A DNA stretch of 63,667 nt, the filler included, from Octopus bimaculoides (lineage: Eukaryota): NCBI RefSeq assembly GCF_001194135.2. It is 6 parts of 6 records of this genome, joined end to end, with 100 filler letters (N's around TTAATTAATTAA, not from the genome) between each part and the next. Parts side by side here need not be neighbours in the genome. Positions count along the whole stretch, not along the records: positions 12,734 to 29,703 come from NC_068998.1; 5 more parts are not named here. One strand, 5' to 3'. A program made the translations under genes and the position numbers. The notes below the pieces were generated by a model. It had not been told where the DNA came from. It made no database searches and saw only the letters and a list, made by a program, of their open reading frames with translations. Shown here piece after piece: positions 13,425 through 25,605 of this stretch (position 1 is the first letter of the stretch; each line of letters starts with the position of its first letter).

Positions 13425-14560
13425 TTTTGGCAAAAGGCCAGCAGTTTAAGAGGTGGTGTTAAGTCGATTATATGACCTCAATGCTCAACTTATACTTGTT
13501 TTATCGACTCCGAAAGGATGAAAGAGTTTGCTTTATATTATTCCGGGGTCAAAGGCGGCAAGCTGGCAGAATCTTCGAGTAACTCCTCCCCCAGTATTTC
13601 AGACCCTGTGCCTTTATTAGAAACGATGATTCTCGAGACAAAGGTAGCGAGGTGGCAGAATCATCAGCGCATCAGAAAAAAATGCTTAGCAACATTTCCT
13701 CCGAAATTTTATATTCTGAGTTCAAATCCCAGTCTGGCAAAATGCTTGCAGAATTTTGTCCGTCTTTACGTTCGGAATTTAAATTCCGCTGAGGTTGACT
13801 TTGTTTTTCATATCGATCTCAGTTGAGCACTAAGGTCGATGTACTCGATTATACGCCTACCCGTAAAACTTCAGGCCTTGTACCTGAAGTAGAAAAGATT
13901 ATTCAGAAGTTAAAGGCGATGAGCTAACAAAATCTTTCGCACGCCGGACAAAGTACTTTCCAGTTTTTTTTTCCGGCTTTATTTTCGCTGACGTCAACAT
14001 TGCTTTTCATCCCTCCAGGTTCGATAAAATAAATAGCAGTCGGGTACTGGGGTCGATGTAATCGACTAACTCCTCCCCGCAGTATTTCAGACCTTGTGCC
14101 TATATTAGAAATGATTATTCTCGAGACAAAGGTAGCGAGGTGGCAGAATCATCAGCGTATCAGAAAAAAATGCTAAGCAACATTTCCTCCGTAATTTTAT
14201 ATTCTGAGTTCAAATCCCAGTGAGGTCAAATTTTCCTTTCATCCTTTCGATGTTGATAAAACATTATAACAGTCAAGTGCTGCGGTCGATCACTTCCCAA
14301 TTACAGGCCTTGTTATTAAATTTAGAACATTTATTCCAGAGTCGCAGGCAGGTGGCCAGCTAGCAGAATGGTTAACGCCTCGGAGAAAATGTTTGTGTCA
14401 TTCCTTCCGACTTCTTACGTTCTGCGTTCAAATATCGCCGAGGTTAATTCTGGCTTTCATCTTTTCGGGTTGATAAAATAAGGTACCAGTCAACTACTGG
14501 AGTCGATGTAATCAACTTGCCCCTCCTCTCAAAAACTGCTGGTCTTGTGCTAAAATTACA
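13425..14560 (+). mobile_element. Tandem cluster of SINE family B copies
   Basis: Four head-to-tail + strand copies (~13640, 13905, 14125, 14350), each with ggcagaatc..ttagc..gttcaaat..gaggtcga..cctttcg..gataaa, preceded by a minus-strand partial copy. Confidence 0.8.
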
Positions 14561-15989
14561 AAAAATTACTCGAGAGTTAGAAAAGTAAAGGGAAGGTAAC
14601 TCCGTGGATATAATCAATTCATGTTTGTGTGTGTATCCCTCTCTTCTGACTGTCATCAGTACCGGATTCTGAGTGAAAGCTTTCTATCTCCCGCACAGGA
14701 CTGGCCAGAGGTTACAAGCAGCAGAACTCTCCACTCTAGTCTTGTAGAGATATGCGGAGACAAGAGATGAGTGGGAAATGTTCGGGATTACTGAGTAGAG
14801 AAATTAGGGAGAGGAAAGAGCGAGTTCAAACAGAAGACGACCAATACACACACACACACACACACACAATTGAGTGTGTGCCTCGACAGTTCAACAAACA
14901 CACCAACTCAGTCACTGGGAACTCTCTTAACAGAAAAAGTCTTGTCGCTTTGTTAGCGATTGCCTTGAGTTCTATGAAGAACTTAAATAAAGAAAAATCA
15001 TACATACATACATACATACATACATACACATAGCTGGAGGTATGTATAGCAATCAAATTCCATTTGCAAGGCATTGGTCAACTTGAAACCGAGTAGTAGC
15101 TCAGGAATGTTCTAAATTGCAATGCGTCATACTGAATATATCTCTCATAAATTTAAATATATTATATAACTTCGCTGTACTGAATTTGAAAAGCTTCCAT
15201 AATTGTTCTCAGTTGCACTTTTTCGATTGCCAACAATATTATCTGAATAAATATGAATGTTTTTATTCAAATTGCCCAGACAACAAGAATACACGATTTG
15301 TATTAATATATGGGAATTTGAAATTACAAGAGGACTGTTTATAGATTCACTCCTTCAGATTCTCGATTTACCTTGGTGTTTCTTTTGCTTTTGTAAACCT
15401 TTACATTGGCGAATAGAAGCGTGCATTTTCTGCACAACAAGACATGCAATACATGACTAACTCACAGCAATTAAAGGTCAGCATGATACTTAAACCCCAA
15501 AATAAAAGATAAAGTACTAATATAAGCATGTCTTCACATAATAAATCAGATGAAGATATAAGAAAATGTTCTATTTTTGTGTTTTAAAATAACGCTGAAA
15601 TTTCCTGTTTCTAGCTAATAACAAGCTGAGTTATTTTAACATTAATATCTGTATAAAGAAAAGACATTGAGTCAAATCACCAGCAAGATGACGTCACGTA
15701 TTCTTTTGTTGAAACCAATGTAAGTAGCAACGATATAAGGTAATCGATGGACTGCGTGACATTGCTATTTGTTTTGCCGATCAATAACTCCACAGTTATA
15801 ATCCTGTTTATCACTTGGATCGTCGAATGACAAAATCAGTGAAGAGCTTCTTTTTCGCTTTAAGTTCAAATTACGCTAAGGTAACATTTTCTTTGTTGTC
15901 TTTGTTGTTATTGTTATCTAGTCAGTCCCAGGTCAGCCCCAGTTGAATAATCAGGTATAATTATCAAAGAACAATCATAATCCTTTCTG

Positions 15990-16180
15990 CTATAGGCACA
16001 AGGCCTGAAATTTGGGGGAGGGGACTAGTAGATTTCATCGACTCCAGTGCATAACTGGTACTTATTTAATCGACCCCGAAAGGATGAAAGGCAAAGTCGA
16101 CCCTGGCGGAATTTGAACTCAGAACGTAGCGGCAGACGAAATATACCGCTAAGCATTTCGCCCGGCGTGCTAACGATTCT
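15990..16180 (-). mobile_element. SINE family B, well-preserved copy
   Basis: Reverse complement reads agaatcgttagcacgccgggcgaaatgcttagcgg...gttctgagttcaaattccgccagggtcgactttgcctttcatcctttcggggtcg. Confidence 0.9.
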
Positions 16181-16369
16181 TTTCTACTTAACGCTGATGA
16201 AAAGCTTTCCAGCCGTGACCATACCATTTTGAAGAGTGTAACGAGCTACAGACATCTTACATATTCTTCAAGTTTTGAAGAAGATAGGGAGATTTGGCTG
16301 ATATTTTTAGCTAGTTAAACGACCACGTAGAGGAAGCCTTCCTGGTTTTACTTTTGTTGCTAATATTGT

Positions 16370-17085
16370 TGTTATTGTTGTTGCCATCGTTGTTATTTGT
16401 TGCTATCGATGTGGTGGTGGTTTGTAGTAGTGGCGGTAATTGTGGTTATTGTTGTGGCTGTGGTGTTGGTGGTGGTGGTGGTGGTGGTGGTGGTAGTTGT
16501 GGTAGTTTGTCGTGGCAGTGGTAATTCGTAGTAGTGTTAGTAGTTCTAGTATTGTTGGTGGTGTAGGATTGTAGCATTGTAGTAGTGGTGGTAGTGGTGG
16601 TGGTAATAGTAGAAGTGGTGGTTTGTGGTTNNNNNNNNNNAGTAGTGTTAGTAGTTCTAGTATTGTTGGTGGTGTAGGATTGTAGCATTGTAGTAGTGGT
16701 GGTAGTGGTGGTGGTAATAGTAGAAGTGGTGGTTTGTGGTTGTTGTGATGATGATGATGATAACAGTAATGGTGGTGGTGGTGGTGGTGGTGGTGCTGCT
16801 GCTGCTGCTGCTGTTGCTTCTTCTACTGGTGCTGGTGCCGGTGGTGCTGCTGGTCAAGATGATGATGACGGCAGCGGCGGTAGCGGTAGCGGTGGCGGTG
16901 GTCGTGGTGGTGGTCGTGGTGGTGGTCGTGGCGGTGATTGTGGCGGCGGTGGTCGTGACGGCGGTGGCCGCGGCGCGATGGTGGTGATGGTGATGCAGGT
17001 TGCGGTGGAGGCTGGATGCTGGTGTCGGTGTTGACGATGGAAATGTCGTCGTGGTAGTCGTGGTAGTCGTTTTCGTTTTAACCAG
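16370..17085. repeat. Compound GTT/GTG/GTA/GCT/GGC triplet repeat tract
   Basis: Visible; contains a 10-N gap with duplicated flanks. Confidence 0.9.
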
Positions 17086-17238
17086 AATTAGCAATCAAAA
17101 CTGACAATAAAACAGATGTGAAGTCTGCAGTTGCACAATATCACGACATTCTACAATGGTGTCTCAATGCCAGTCATTCACACATGTCAGCGAACGCAAA
17201 TGTTTTTTTGTGACGACAATGCTGTTTGTTCTTTCCAG

Positions 17239-17266
17239 GATTCTTGCAGCGGTGCCAAGACGAAAG
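17239..17266 (+). CDS. Candidate 28-nt micro-exon
   Basis: Acceptor gctgtttgttctttccag|G and donor AAAG|gtaaac; reads ILAAVPRRK if it starts in phase 2. Confidence 0.25.
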
Positions 17267-17881
17267 GTAAACACACGCGCACGCACGAACATAACATTCA
17301 TCTTCTCAATTATAAACATATGCGTGAGCAAATATTTATAATCATATATATCTGCGCACGTATACGTTATACATACATTACTATATACTTTACGAATGTA
17401 CTTACATGCATGCAAGCATGTATCTATATAGTATATGTGTATATATGCATGCATACACACACACAAACACACAAATATATATATATACATATATACACAT
17501 ACAAGCATACATATATACATATATGTATGTATGCATGTATACACCCCCCATACACACATGCATATATATGTGCATGTATGTATATAATCCACCCCACCCC
17601 CCGACTACCTAGCTGTATATCAATCTGTCTAGCGACTTTCCTGTTTATCTATCTATTACCTATTTATCTCCTTATATATATTTATTGTTCTCCCCCCCCC
17701 TGTCTCTCCGTCTCTTTCCTTCTCTCTCTCCATCACCCCCACCACCGTCTGTGTTATTGAATCTATACGACCAACTTCAAATAAGAAAGGCGTGTACGCC
17801 GCCGAAACGCCGGTAGCAGAGACATCGGCTATAAACGAGATATGATAGAGAAGGAATTGGGCAGAGGGAGAAAAAGAAGTT

Positions 17882-17943
<62 letters not shown>

Positions 17944-18918
17944 CAGAGAGACAGAGAGAGATGGGGGCGAGGTGGAGGGAAGTAGAAGTATCACCACCAA
18001 TTGTAACTGTGCTGAAGTTTTACTGAAGAACTTGCCTAAGACACTAAAACACCCAGTCAGTTTACAGCAGAATATTCTGGAAATTCTCGAAGTAAACAAC
18101 TTTTGTTTTCTCTTTCGAAGACCAAAAATTTCCGTCAACACACTTGAAACGTCTGCGAAGTATTCAGGCGATCAGATATACTGTGTCTATTCGTCGCTTC
18201 CCTTGTGGTTGTTGTTGCTGTTGTTGTAGTTGCAGTGGTGGTGGTGGTGGTGGTAGTGGTGGTGGTGGTGGTGGTAGTGGTTGAGCTCATGTTCGGCTTT
18301 TTGTCATTGCAGTGGCTGTCTGTTTTTTCTTTTTGTTTGTTTTGCTGTTTGTTTTACCAGTATTTTTGTTGTTAGTACTTATGATCTCACTTAATGTTGT
18401 TGTTGTTTTTGTTGCTGTCGTTTGAGCCGAAACCCAAGCCCCCACCGACCAGGTCAACCTTGGTCGAACAGGCTTATGATCAAAGACATTCTAACGTGAC
18501 TAAATCCGTCTTTCTCTATCTACATTCACAAAGTCCAGTCGTGACCAACCCATTTTATTAGTCATTTAATCCAGAAAGTCTCAAATCATAAAGACAATAC
18601 TTTATGATTTGAGAGAATTTGAGCGCTATTAATAGCAGGTCGAGCGATCGCATAGACGATCCATCAATAGCTCGGGTTAGCAATGTTGTGATTGTTGTTG
18701 TTATTGTCGTCGTCGTCGTCGTCAATGTCGTTGTTAGCCCTGGGTCAGTCCTGATGCAGAAGACCTAATATGAAGGTCTCTCTTTCCAGCCGTGAGCATT
18801 ACCTATTTCATTTCGGATACAATAATTACATCAAAGCTTACATTATCAAAGTGTTACTTCTAAGTTAGTAAAATGTGACTTAAAGAAGATTTAGCTGCTA
18901 TTTCTAATACTGTGTGTG

Positions 18919-19298
18919 TTGGCACTCCGTCGCTTACAACGTCGAGGGTTCCAGTTGATCCGATCAACGGAACAGCCTGCTCGTGAAATTAACGTGCAAG
19001 TGGATGAGCACTCCATAGACACGTGTACCCTTAACGTAGTTCTCGGGGACATTCAGCGTGACACAGTGTGACAAGGCTGACCCTTTGAATTACAGGCACA
19101 ACAGAAACAGGAAGTAAGAGTGAGAGAAAGTTGTGGTGGAAGAGTACAGCAGGGTTCGCCACCATCCTCTGCCGGAGCCTCGTGGAGCTTTAGGTGTTTT
19201 CGCTCAACAAACACTCACAACGTTCGGCCTGGGAATCGAAACCGCGATCCTATAACCGCGAGTCCACTGCCCCAACCACTGGGCCATTGCGCCTCCAC
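18919..19298 (-). mobile_element. SINE family C, full length (tRNA-derived)
   Basis: Minus-strand head gtggaggcgcaatggcccagtgg...ggtttcgattccc (A and B boxes). Body and tail ...cacgagcaggctgttccgttgatcggatcaactggaaccc...gacggagtgcca are shared with 20243-20564 and 38331-38531. Confidence 0.9.
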
Positions 19299-20242
19299 TC
19301 ATTTCTAATACTAGTTGTAATACATTGTTCCATAAGGTTGTTACTCTTTTTGTTATTGTCAAACTTCAGGTTTGCCCTGATCAAACAAAGCCATCTTAGG
19401 TTAATAGCATTGAGAAACATTTTCTTTCTTTTCTTTTTTGTCTTTGGTCAGTAAGTATTATTTCTTATTTGCTTCTATCTAGAAATCAAAGAAAATCACT
19501 ACTATTCCTTTCAGACTTAACTTTTTGTGATCTGGACATCAATGTTTTGAAACTGATCCATTTTTCATTACATTTCAGACAGAATCAGCGATGAATTTTT
19601 GAAGTAGAAATATTGTTATAGTAAATATTCTGCTCTATACCACAGATTTGCTTGTCAATTGCCTGACCTTAACCATTTGAGCATGTCCCTTAGTGACTGA
19701 CAATATGTGCATCTCTGATCATGAGCAGGAGTAGTGGGGGGAGCATCATAGTCATAGGAATTCTTTGGGGTTTGAATAAATATCGTAACAAAAGCAAAGT
19801 TTGAAGGAAACATTAGCTATTTTTCATACTTTCTAGGCTAAGCAAATAGGAAATTACAGTTTTTGCTCACGGACAAAAACCGTGTTATACAGTGTAGTCG
19901 GTTGTACGTCTGGATACGATCTAGTATTGTTCACATACACCTTGTCTCCGACTGACTCAGTTCTTTGTCTTTGAAGGAATAAAACCACGTGGAGGATCAA
20001 TACAAAGTAGCATCTTGGCAGTGACACAAGAAAAGGATGAAAACTCAGGAAAAGTATAGAGGTACTGGATAAAGATGGAGGCACTGTAGAAACGTATGTA
20101 AGGCAAATGGATCTCCGTCAGTTTTGTCGATGAGTATTAAGTCGTTTGAGCAACTGAGCTATCTCCTCGTTGAATTAGGATGCAAAGTCGCTGAGTATTC
20201 CACAGATACGTGTAATTTTAACGTAGTCTTCAGGCTTAACTG

Positions 20243-20564
20243 ACTCTCCGTCGGTTACGACGACGAGGGTTCTAGTTGGTTCGATCAACGGAACAGCCTG
20301 CTCGTGAGATCAACGTGCAAACGGCTGTGCACTACACAGACACACGTACCCATGACAGTTCTCAATGACATTCGGCGTGTCACACCGAATGTGATATGGC
20401 TGGTCCTTTGAATTACAGGTGAAACTCATGTTGACCAGCTGAATGGACTGGAGCAACATGAAATAAAGTGTTTTGCTCAAAGATACAACGGGCCACCGAG
20501 AATCGAACTCACGACCTTACGGTCATGTGCTGAATACCCTAACCACTAAACCACGCGCCTTCAC
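20243..20564 (-). mobile_element. SINE family C-related copy (different head subfamily)
   Basis: Same tail as 18919-19298; tRNA-like head gtgaaggcgcgtggtttagtggttaggg...gagttcgattc. Confidence 0.85.
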
Positions 20565-20624
20565 AGTCTTCAAGTGGAATCCGCGTAACACATTGTGTGA
20601 GAAAATGTTCCTTTCAATTACTGG

Positions 20625-20775
20625 TGCACTCCAGCTAACAGGCTTCCGCACAGTTTTTCTCTACCTGCTTTTACTCACAAAACTCGTTTCACCCGAGAGG
20701 CTATGGTAAAAGACATCCGCCCAAGATACCACACAATGGGATCGAACACAGAACTCGGTGATTGTGAAGCGTTCT
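20625..20775 (-). mobile_element. Degenerate SINE family A 5' half
   Basis: Diverged reverse complement of the family A head (ggctatggtaaaagacatccgcccaag...). Confidence 0.55.
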
Positions 20776-20922
20776 TCTTTACGATTCAACAATGTTGTAT
20801 AAACATTTTACAGATTTCAGAACAAACAATAACGATATTGTTGGTTTAGAATAAAATAAGTTTTTAAAAAAAGAAATTGATTTACTTCATCACGCCATCT
20901 ACTTTCTGTTTTCGGCCATTAG

Positions 20923-21016
20923 AAGCGAATACAGAAATGTTCTGTAACAGATATTGCTCATTATCTCCACAGTTATGATGGACTGCTTGTTATTCCGCAG
21001 CTACAAGATTATTTAG
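20923..21016 (+). CDS. Candidate coding exon (KRIQKCSVTDIAHYLHSYDGLLVIPQLQDYL)
   Basis: Pyrimidine-rich acceptor ctttctgttttcggccattag|, 94-nt open frame, donor TAG|gttaag. Alternative splice readings exist. Confidence 0.2.
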
Positions 21017-21459
21017 GTTAAGTGGTATAAAACCCTTCACAAAGGGATTACCATGCCAAGGTATATTTTTGTTTCCTTATTTGGATCCCAAGAAAGGGAA
21101 CCAATGGCCTGACTGTAATAACGTACGTTATCATATTGTGGAGGTTTAGCAGAAAATTTATGAATAATTTATGAAGGGAGATGTAGCTTAGAAAATTAGT
21201 AATGCAAAAATGTCAGAGCAGAGGTTTGTGATTTATGGACTTCCATTGATGATAAATAACTAGAAATTGAAGATGCGTTGTTGAGGAGTCTTGAGAAAGC
21301 AATAGAAACTACTCCATCTGATAGCTCATGCGATTTGTGTCAGAATATAACTTCATTTCCAGCGGTGACATCGTTTCACGCAACTTCATTGTTATTTTCA
21401 TGAAATATTTCTGAAATATTTCACTGCCTTTTCCTTTTTTCATATATATATATATAGGA

Positions 21460-21558
21460 GAAGAAGAAGAAGAAGAAGAAGAAGAAGAAGAAGAAGAAGA
21501 AGAAGAAGAAGAAGAAGAAGAAGAAGAAGAAGAAGAAGAAGAAGAAGAAGAAGAAGAA
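21460..21558. repeat. (GAA)33 microsatellite
   Basis: Pure GAA run, ungapped. Confidence 0.97.
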
Positions 21559-21903
21559 ATCAATGACCATCAACAAAAAAAAATACCCCCTATTAATCCT
21601 CTCAGTTTCAACAGATGACGTATCTCTAAGAGAAACGGACACACCATCGAAATACAAAGATGTGAAATGAGAAATAACCCAAATGTAAAGCATGAAGATA
21701 TAAATAATCCCTATGGTAACACAATGCGACAGGTACTTTCTTGTCAGGACTCCTTTTTTTCTAAATTCGAAAATTTCTCTACGCTGAATTCAAAAATGGA
21801 ATACACTATTTATACTATCACGTCTAGATTTCAAGAAAACCCAAATTTCGCAATTTATCTTATTTTTCAGAAAATACGTAGTTTACCAGTGAGATTCCCA
21901 TGC

Positions 21904-21978
<75 letters not shown>

Positions 21979-21982
<4 letters not shown>

Positions 21983-22440
21983 CAGCGGAGCCAGGAAAAA
22001 CATTAATTGATCAAAGAATAGCCACAGCAAACATTAGTTCAAGGGTCTTTGTTCAACGGGAAAAAAATCATCCTACCGCCACTCCATATCAAATTACAGT
22101 TGTGAAGCAGTTTGTTAAAGCTCTGAATAAATATGGACCATGCCTACACTGTATCTGCAACACATTTCCTGGTCTGAGCAATGAAAAGACAAAAGCTGGA
22201 GTATTTGATGGGCCTCAAAGATGGGAACTTTGTAAATTCACCAAGAAAGCAGCCAACGAATCCAAAATAGTCGATAAGACACTGGAGAACTTTCAAAAGC
22301 TGGGAGCAAATATGAGCGTATACCTGCACTATCTCCACAGTCACCTTGATAAATGAATGAAAATCTTGGTGACACAAGTGATGAGTAGGGAGAACGTTTC
22401 CACCAAGACATTCTTTGTTAACTATTTGAAGACAATGAAA
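21979..22440 (+). pseudogene. Chapaev3/CMC-Transib-like DDE transposase remnant
   Basis: KQFVKALNKYGPC...FPGLSNEKTKAGVFDGPQ...FQKLGANMS..LHYLHSHLD..ENLGDTSDE*GERFHQDI matches the recalled family signature (KQFVKAL / FDGPQIR / HFLHSHLD / EQGERFHQD). Contains stops and deletions. Confidence 0.75.
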
Positions 22441-22851
22441 ATACAATCAGAACTGAATTATTTCACGACAAAAAGAATTACAAGCTACTTTGGTTAAACA
22501 TAAAAGGGGTTGATAAATTATTGTAATTTTTTCCCTAAATGAATAAACAGTGTACAAATAACAGTATATAAAGATAATGTTGGAATACACGTGCACACAA
22601 CAAGCGTGACAATAAACCAGACAGTGAAAATACATAACGGTGAGAGCAACATTACTTTATTTCCTTACTGGGAAATAACACGCTGCTGTTATTTGTAAGG
22701 CTGATTGGCCATTGCTGTAAGGCTGGTTGGCCATAACTGGATGCCACAATAATGGTTGTGATAATAATGCGTTGATAGTATGAAGTGGGGCAACAAAACT
22801 TTCAGTGAATGGTAAGCTAATAGGCATTGTATTTAAGTGACATAAAACTAA

Positions 22852-23066
22852 GGCGACGAGTTGACAGAATCGTTAGCACGTTGGACGAAATGCTTAGCAG
22901 TATTTCTCCCGTCGCTACGTTCTGAGTTCAAGTTTCGCCGAGACCGACTTTGCCTTTCATCCTTTCGGGGGTCGATAAATTAAGTACCATTGAAACACTG
23001 GGGTCGGTGTAATCGACTATCTCTCTCCCCCAAATTTCAGGCCTCGTGCCTATAATAGAAAGGGTT
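22852..23066 (+). mobile_element. SINE family B
   Basis: Full head-to-tail match to the family core. Confidence 0.9.
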
Positions 23067-23084
23067 ATATTTGAGAGACATAAG

Positions 23085-23385
23085 ACTTGTCAGTCCACTT
23101 CATGATCCCGGCAAACAAAATAAAAAAGGCTTTGCTCCAGAGGATAGCGAAAGAGACGCACTGGAACAGCCACTCTGGCTCACGGGGCTCGCACTTGCAG
23201 ATAACCATCTCTGACCTGATAGCAGTGAGCAGGGATTTAGTATGTTGTCCTGGGGCCAACAATGCCGAAGATCTCCACTGCTACAGGCTCTACCACAAAT
23301 CTGTCAAAGCGCGGTCGATACTTCGTCAATTTGCCCTTCTCGGCTTAATGAGCTGCGAATCCTGGGCTTCGGTTGTGAAAGTGAA
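23085..23385 (-). pseudogene. CRE-clade non-LTR retrotransposon 3' end (restriction-like endonuclease domain)
   Basis: Frameshifted translation PGFAAH*AEKGKLTKYRPRFDRFVVEPVAVEIFGIVGPRT / KSLLTAIRSEMVICKCEPREPEWLFQCVSFAILWSKAFFIL matches the RLE C-terminus (AE..K..KY......F.P.AVET.G..G...REx.WLFQR.S.AI.RGNA). Confidence 0.75.
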
Positions 23386-23898
23386 AGATATAAACAATTG
23401 AACTGTATTCTTAATGAAATGTTTCTAGAGAAGAATATATCGTTTTTGAAAGGAACCCACTAAGATGGTGTTGACAATGTTCAATGAAACTGAAGGAAAT
23501 ATTTACAATAGAGCAATGACCGATCATTTTAGCAAGGGAAGGCTTGTTTATATTCATTTCCACAACTGTAAAGCATTATCTTGAAAATAATAACGAAGTA
23601 AATAAAGACAAATCAATAAGAATATGTCATTATAGATTTGGAAAATGGAGGAAAATGTTTGTTTATCTAAAGAAGAATACTGTCATATTTCAGCGATATT
23701 TATTGAATGTAAACAAGCATATAGCTACGCTTTTCACCGGAAAAAATTCGGAATTGATGTAGAAAAAATATTTGGAGATAGTAAAGAGAAAAACGATAAA
23801 AAAAAACATACATACTTACTCATGTGTGCACACAGGCACGCGCATATACAGACGCAAGAAATCACACACGCACGTACATACGCTCACAGATAATCACG

Positions 23899-23963
<65 letters not shown>

Positions 23964-24517
23964 TTCATATTTTATACACATACAAGCAACAAGGTATCAG
24001 ACAGACAAACGCAGCCTCCGTAACGGACTAAGAAAAAAGTCACTGAACTGGTTGCAAATGGCAACGAAAGAACTTTGACGAATAAAACAAGAAGCAAACC
24101 AAACGACTGGCTGTTTGACCAACAAGTTAAAAAACGACCGACTAAATAGATATTTAATCAATTGAGTAATAATAGAGGAGTAGAATTGAACCAGAGCATG
24201 CGTTATTCATATTGGCGTAATGACTCACCCTAAACACAGCAAAATAAAGGAACATTTGAATATAAATTAACTACTTCAAAATAGCAGTTTAAAGTTAGCA
24301 GTGAGAAATGCCGTTTTTAGAAGGAAGTGGCTGAAAGAAAAATACTTTAGGAAAAAACTCAGTTGAAATCAATCAGTTGTCAACGGATCGATGAGGGGAA
24401 AGTTAAAAGGCTTCCGCTGAGGAACAGAGGCATTCATTCCGGAGAAAAATCTGAAGTGAGAAAAAGGACTTTAACCAGGTTGTAGTGTGGCTAGAAAAAA
24501 AAAATCAAGAAAGCAGC

Positions 24518-24540
24518 ATGGCCGCTGCACTACAGCAGAG
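24518..24540 (+). CDS. Candidate first coding exon (MAAALQQR...)
   Basis: gcagcATGG Kozak-like start followed by AG|gtatat donor, downstream of ~500 bp of non-repetitive sequence containing attgg and tgactca motifs. Confidence 0.2.
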
Positions 24541-25401
24541 GTATATAAAATCAATGACGATACCTCTTTGATACTCATAGAACTTCAAAATAGGAAAGCA
24601 CCAAGACGTGAACATAATGGCGAAAATAAATGAAAAAGCAATACTTTTATAACGAGCTAATGAGAAATTTGTTGATACTACACTCTCGCTAACGTTTTGT
24701 AAATGACAGCTATGACTAGTGTGCCATTGGTTATGTAATTAACTGCCTCAGCACCAAGCTTGAAAACTGAGCTTTACAAAACCAGGAAATAAACGGCAGA
24801 TTGAAAATTTACAATTATAAGTCGTTAATGGAACTGAGATAATACGTAATGGCTAAAGCAACATTACTTTATTGCGTACATAAAGGATTCGAAATTGAAT
24901 CAGACTCGATTCACTGGCAATTTATTGTCACGCTATGACTCACACATCTCATTTTGGTACCATTATTCTTTTAGCACGAATGTGTAACAGTTTATTTAAA
25001 TCTTACAGATAATCTTTATATGATTGTTTAATCTGCTAAGAATGGCAACTAAATTTCTCTCATGTCATATACTACAGTCTTCAAAAGGAGAAGACGCATT
25101 AGCAAATATATTTCCAGATTTCTTTAAAACATAGAATTACTCTGGCTGCCTTTGATCGCAGGTCTACTCAATCAAGGTTAACTTTAGAAATGATATGTGT
25201 GATTGTGGCGTTCAGGCCAACAACAAAAATTACTTTGGTTTGATTTTTAGCTTTTTTGATACTAACCCGCTCCTGGTCCCATGAAATAAACTTCATGTTT
25301 TAAACTGATCTATATTAAAATTTTTCGTTTAAACTTCATGTTAATTTATGTCACAAACACCAACTTAATAATAACAGCTATTTTAATAGTTTCTTCATCC
25401 A

Positions 25402-25605
25402 AGGCGGAGAGCTGGCAGAATCATTAGTATGCCGGACAGAATGCTTAGCGGCGTTTCGTCCGTCTTCATGTTCCGAGTTTAAATTCAGCCCAGGTCGACT
25501 TTACCTTTCAACCTTTCGGAGTCGATAGAATAAGTACCAGTTGAACACTGGGGTCGATGTAATCGATTTACCTCCTTCCCTGAAATAGCTGGCCTTGTGT
25601 CAATA
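25402..25605 (+). mobile_element. SINE family B with 9-bp target-site duplication
   Basis: tttcttcat at 25390-25398 and 25619-25627 flanks the copy. Confidence 0.85.

Noticed and set aside
16527-16740. Exact ~100-bp tandem duplication
   Set aside because: The copies sit on either side of a 10-N gap, so this is an unmerged contig overlap. Similar cases flank the gaps at 30454-30859 and 47741-48045.
16696-17034. Gly-rich ORF resembling a structural or RNA-binding protein
   Set aside because: It is built from GGT/GGC/GCT triplet repeats continuous with flanking microsatellite; no splice or homology support.
18919-19298. tRNA genes
   Set aside because: tRNA-like A/B boxes are SINE heads followed by SINE bodies; no complete cloverleaf was seen.
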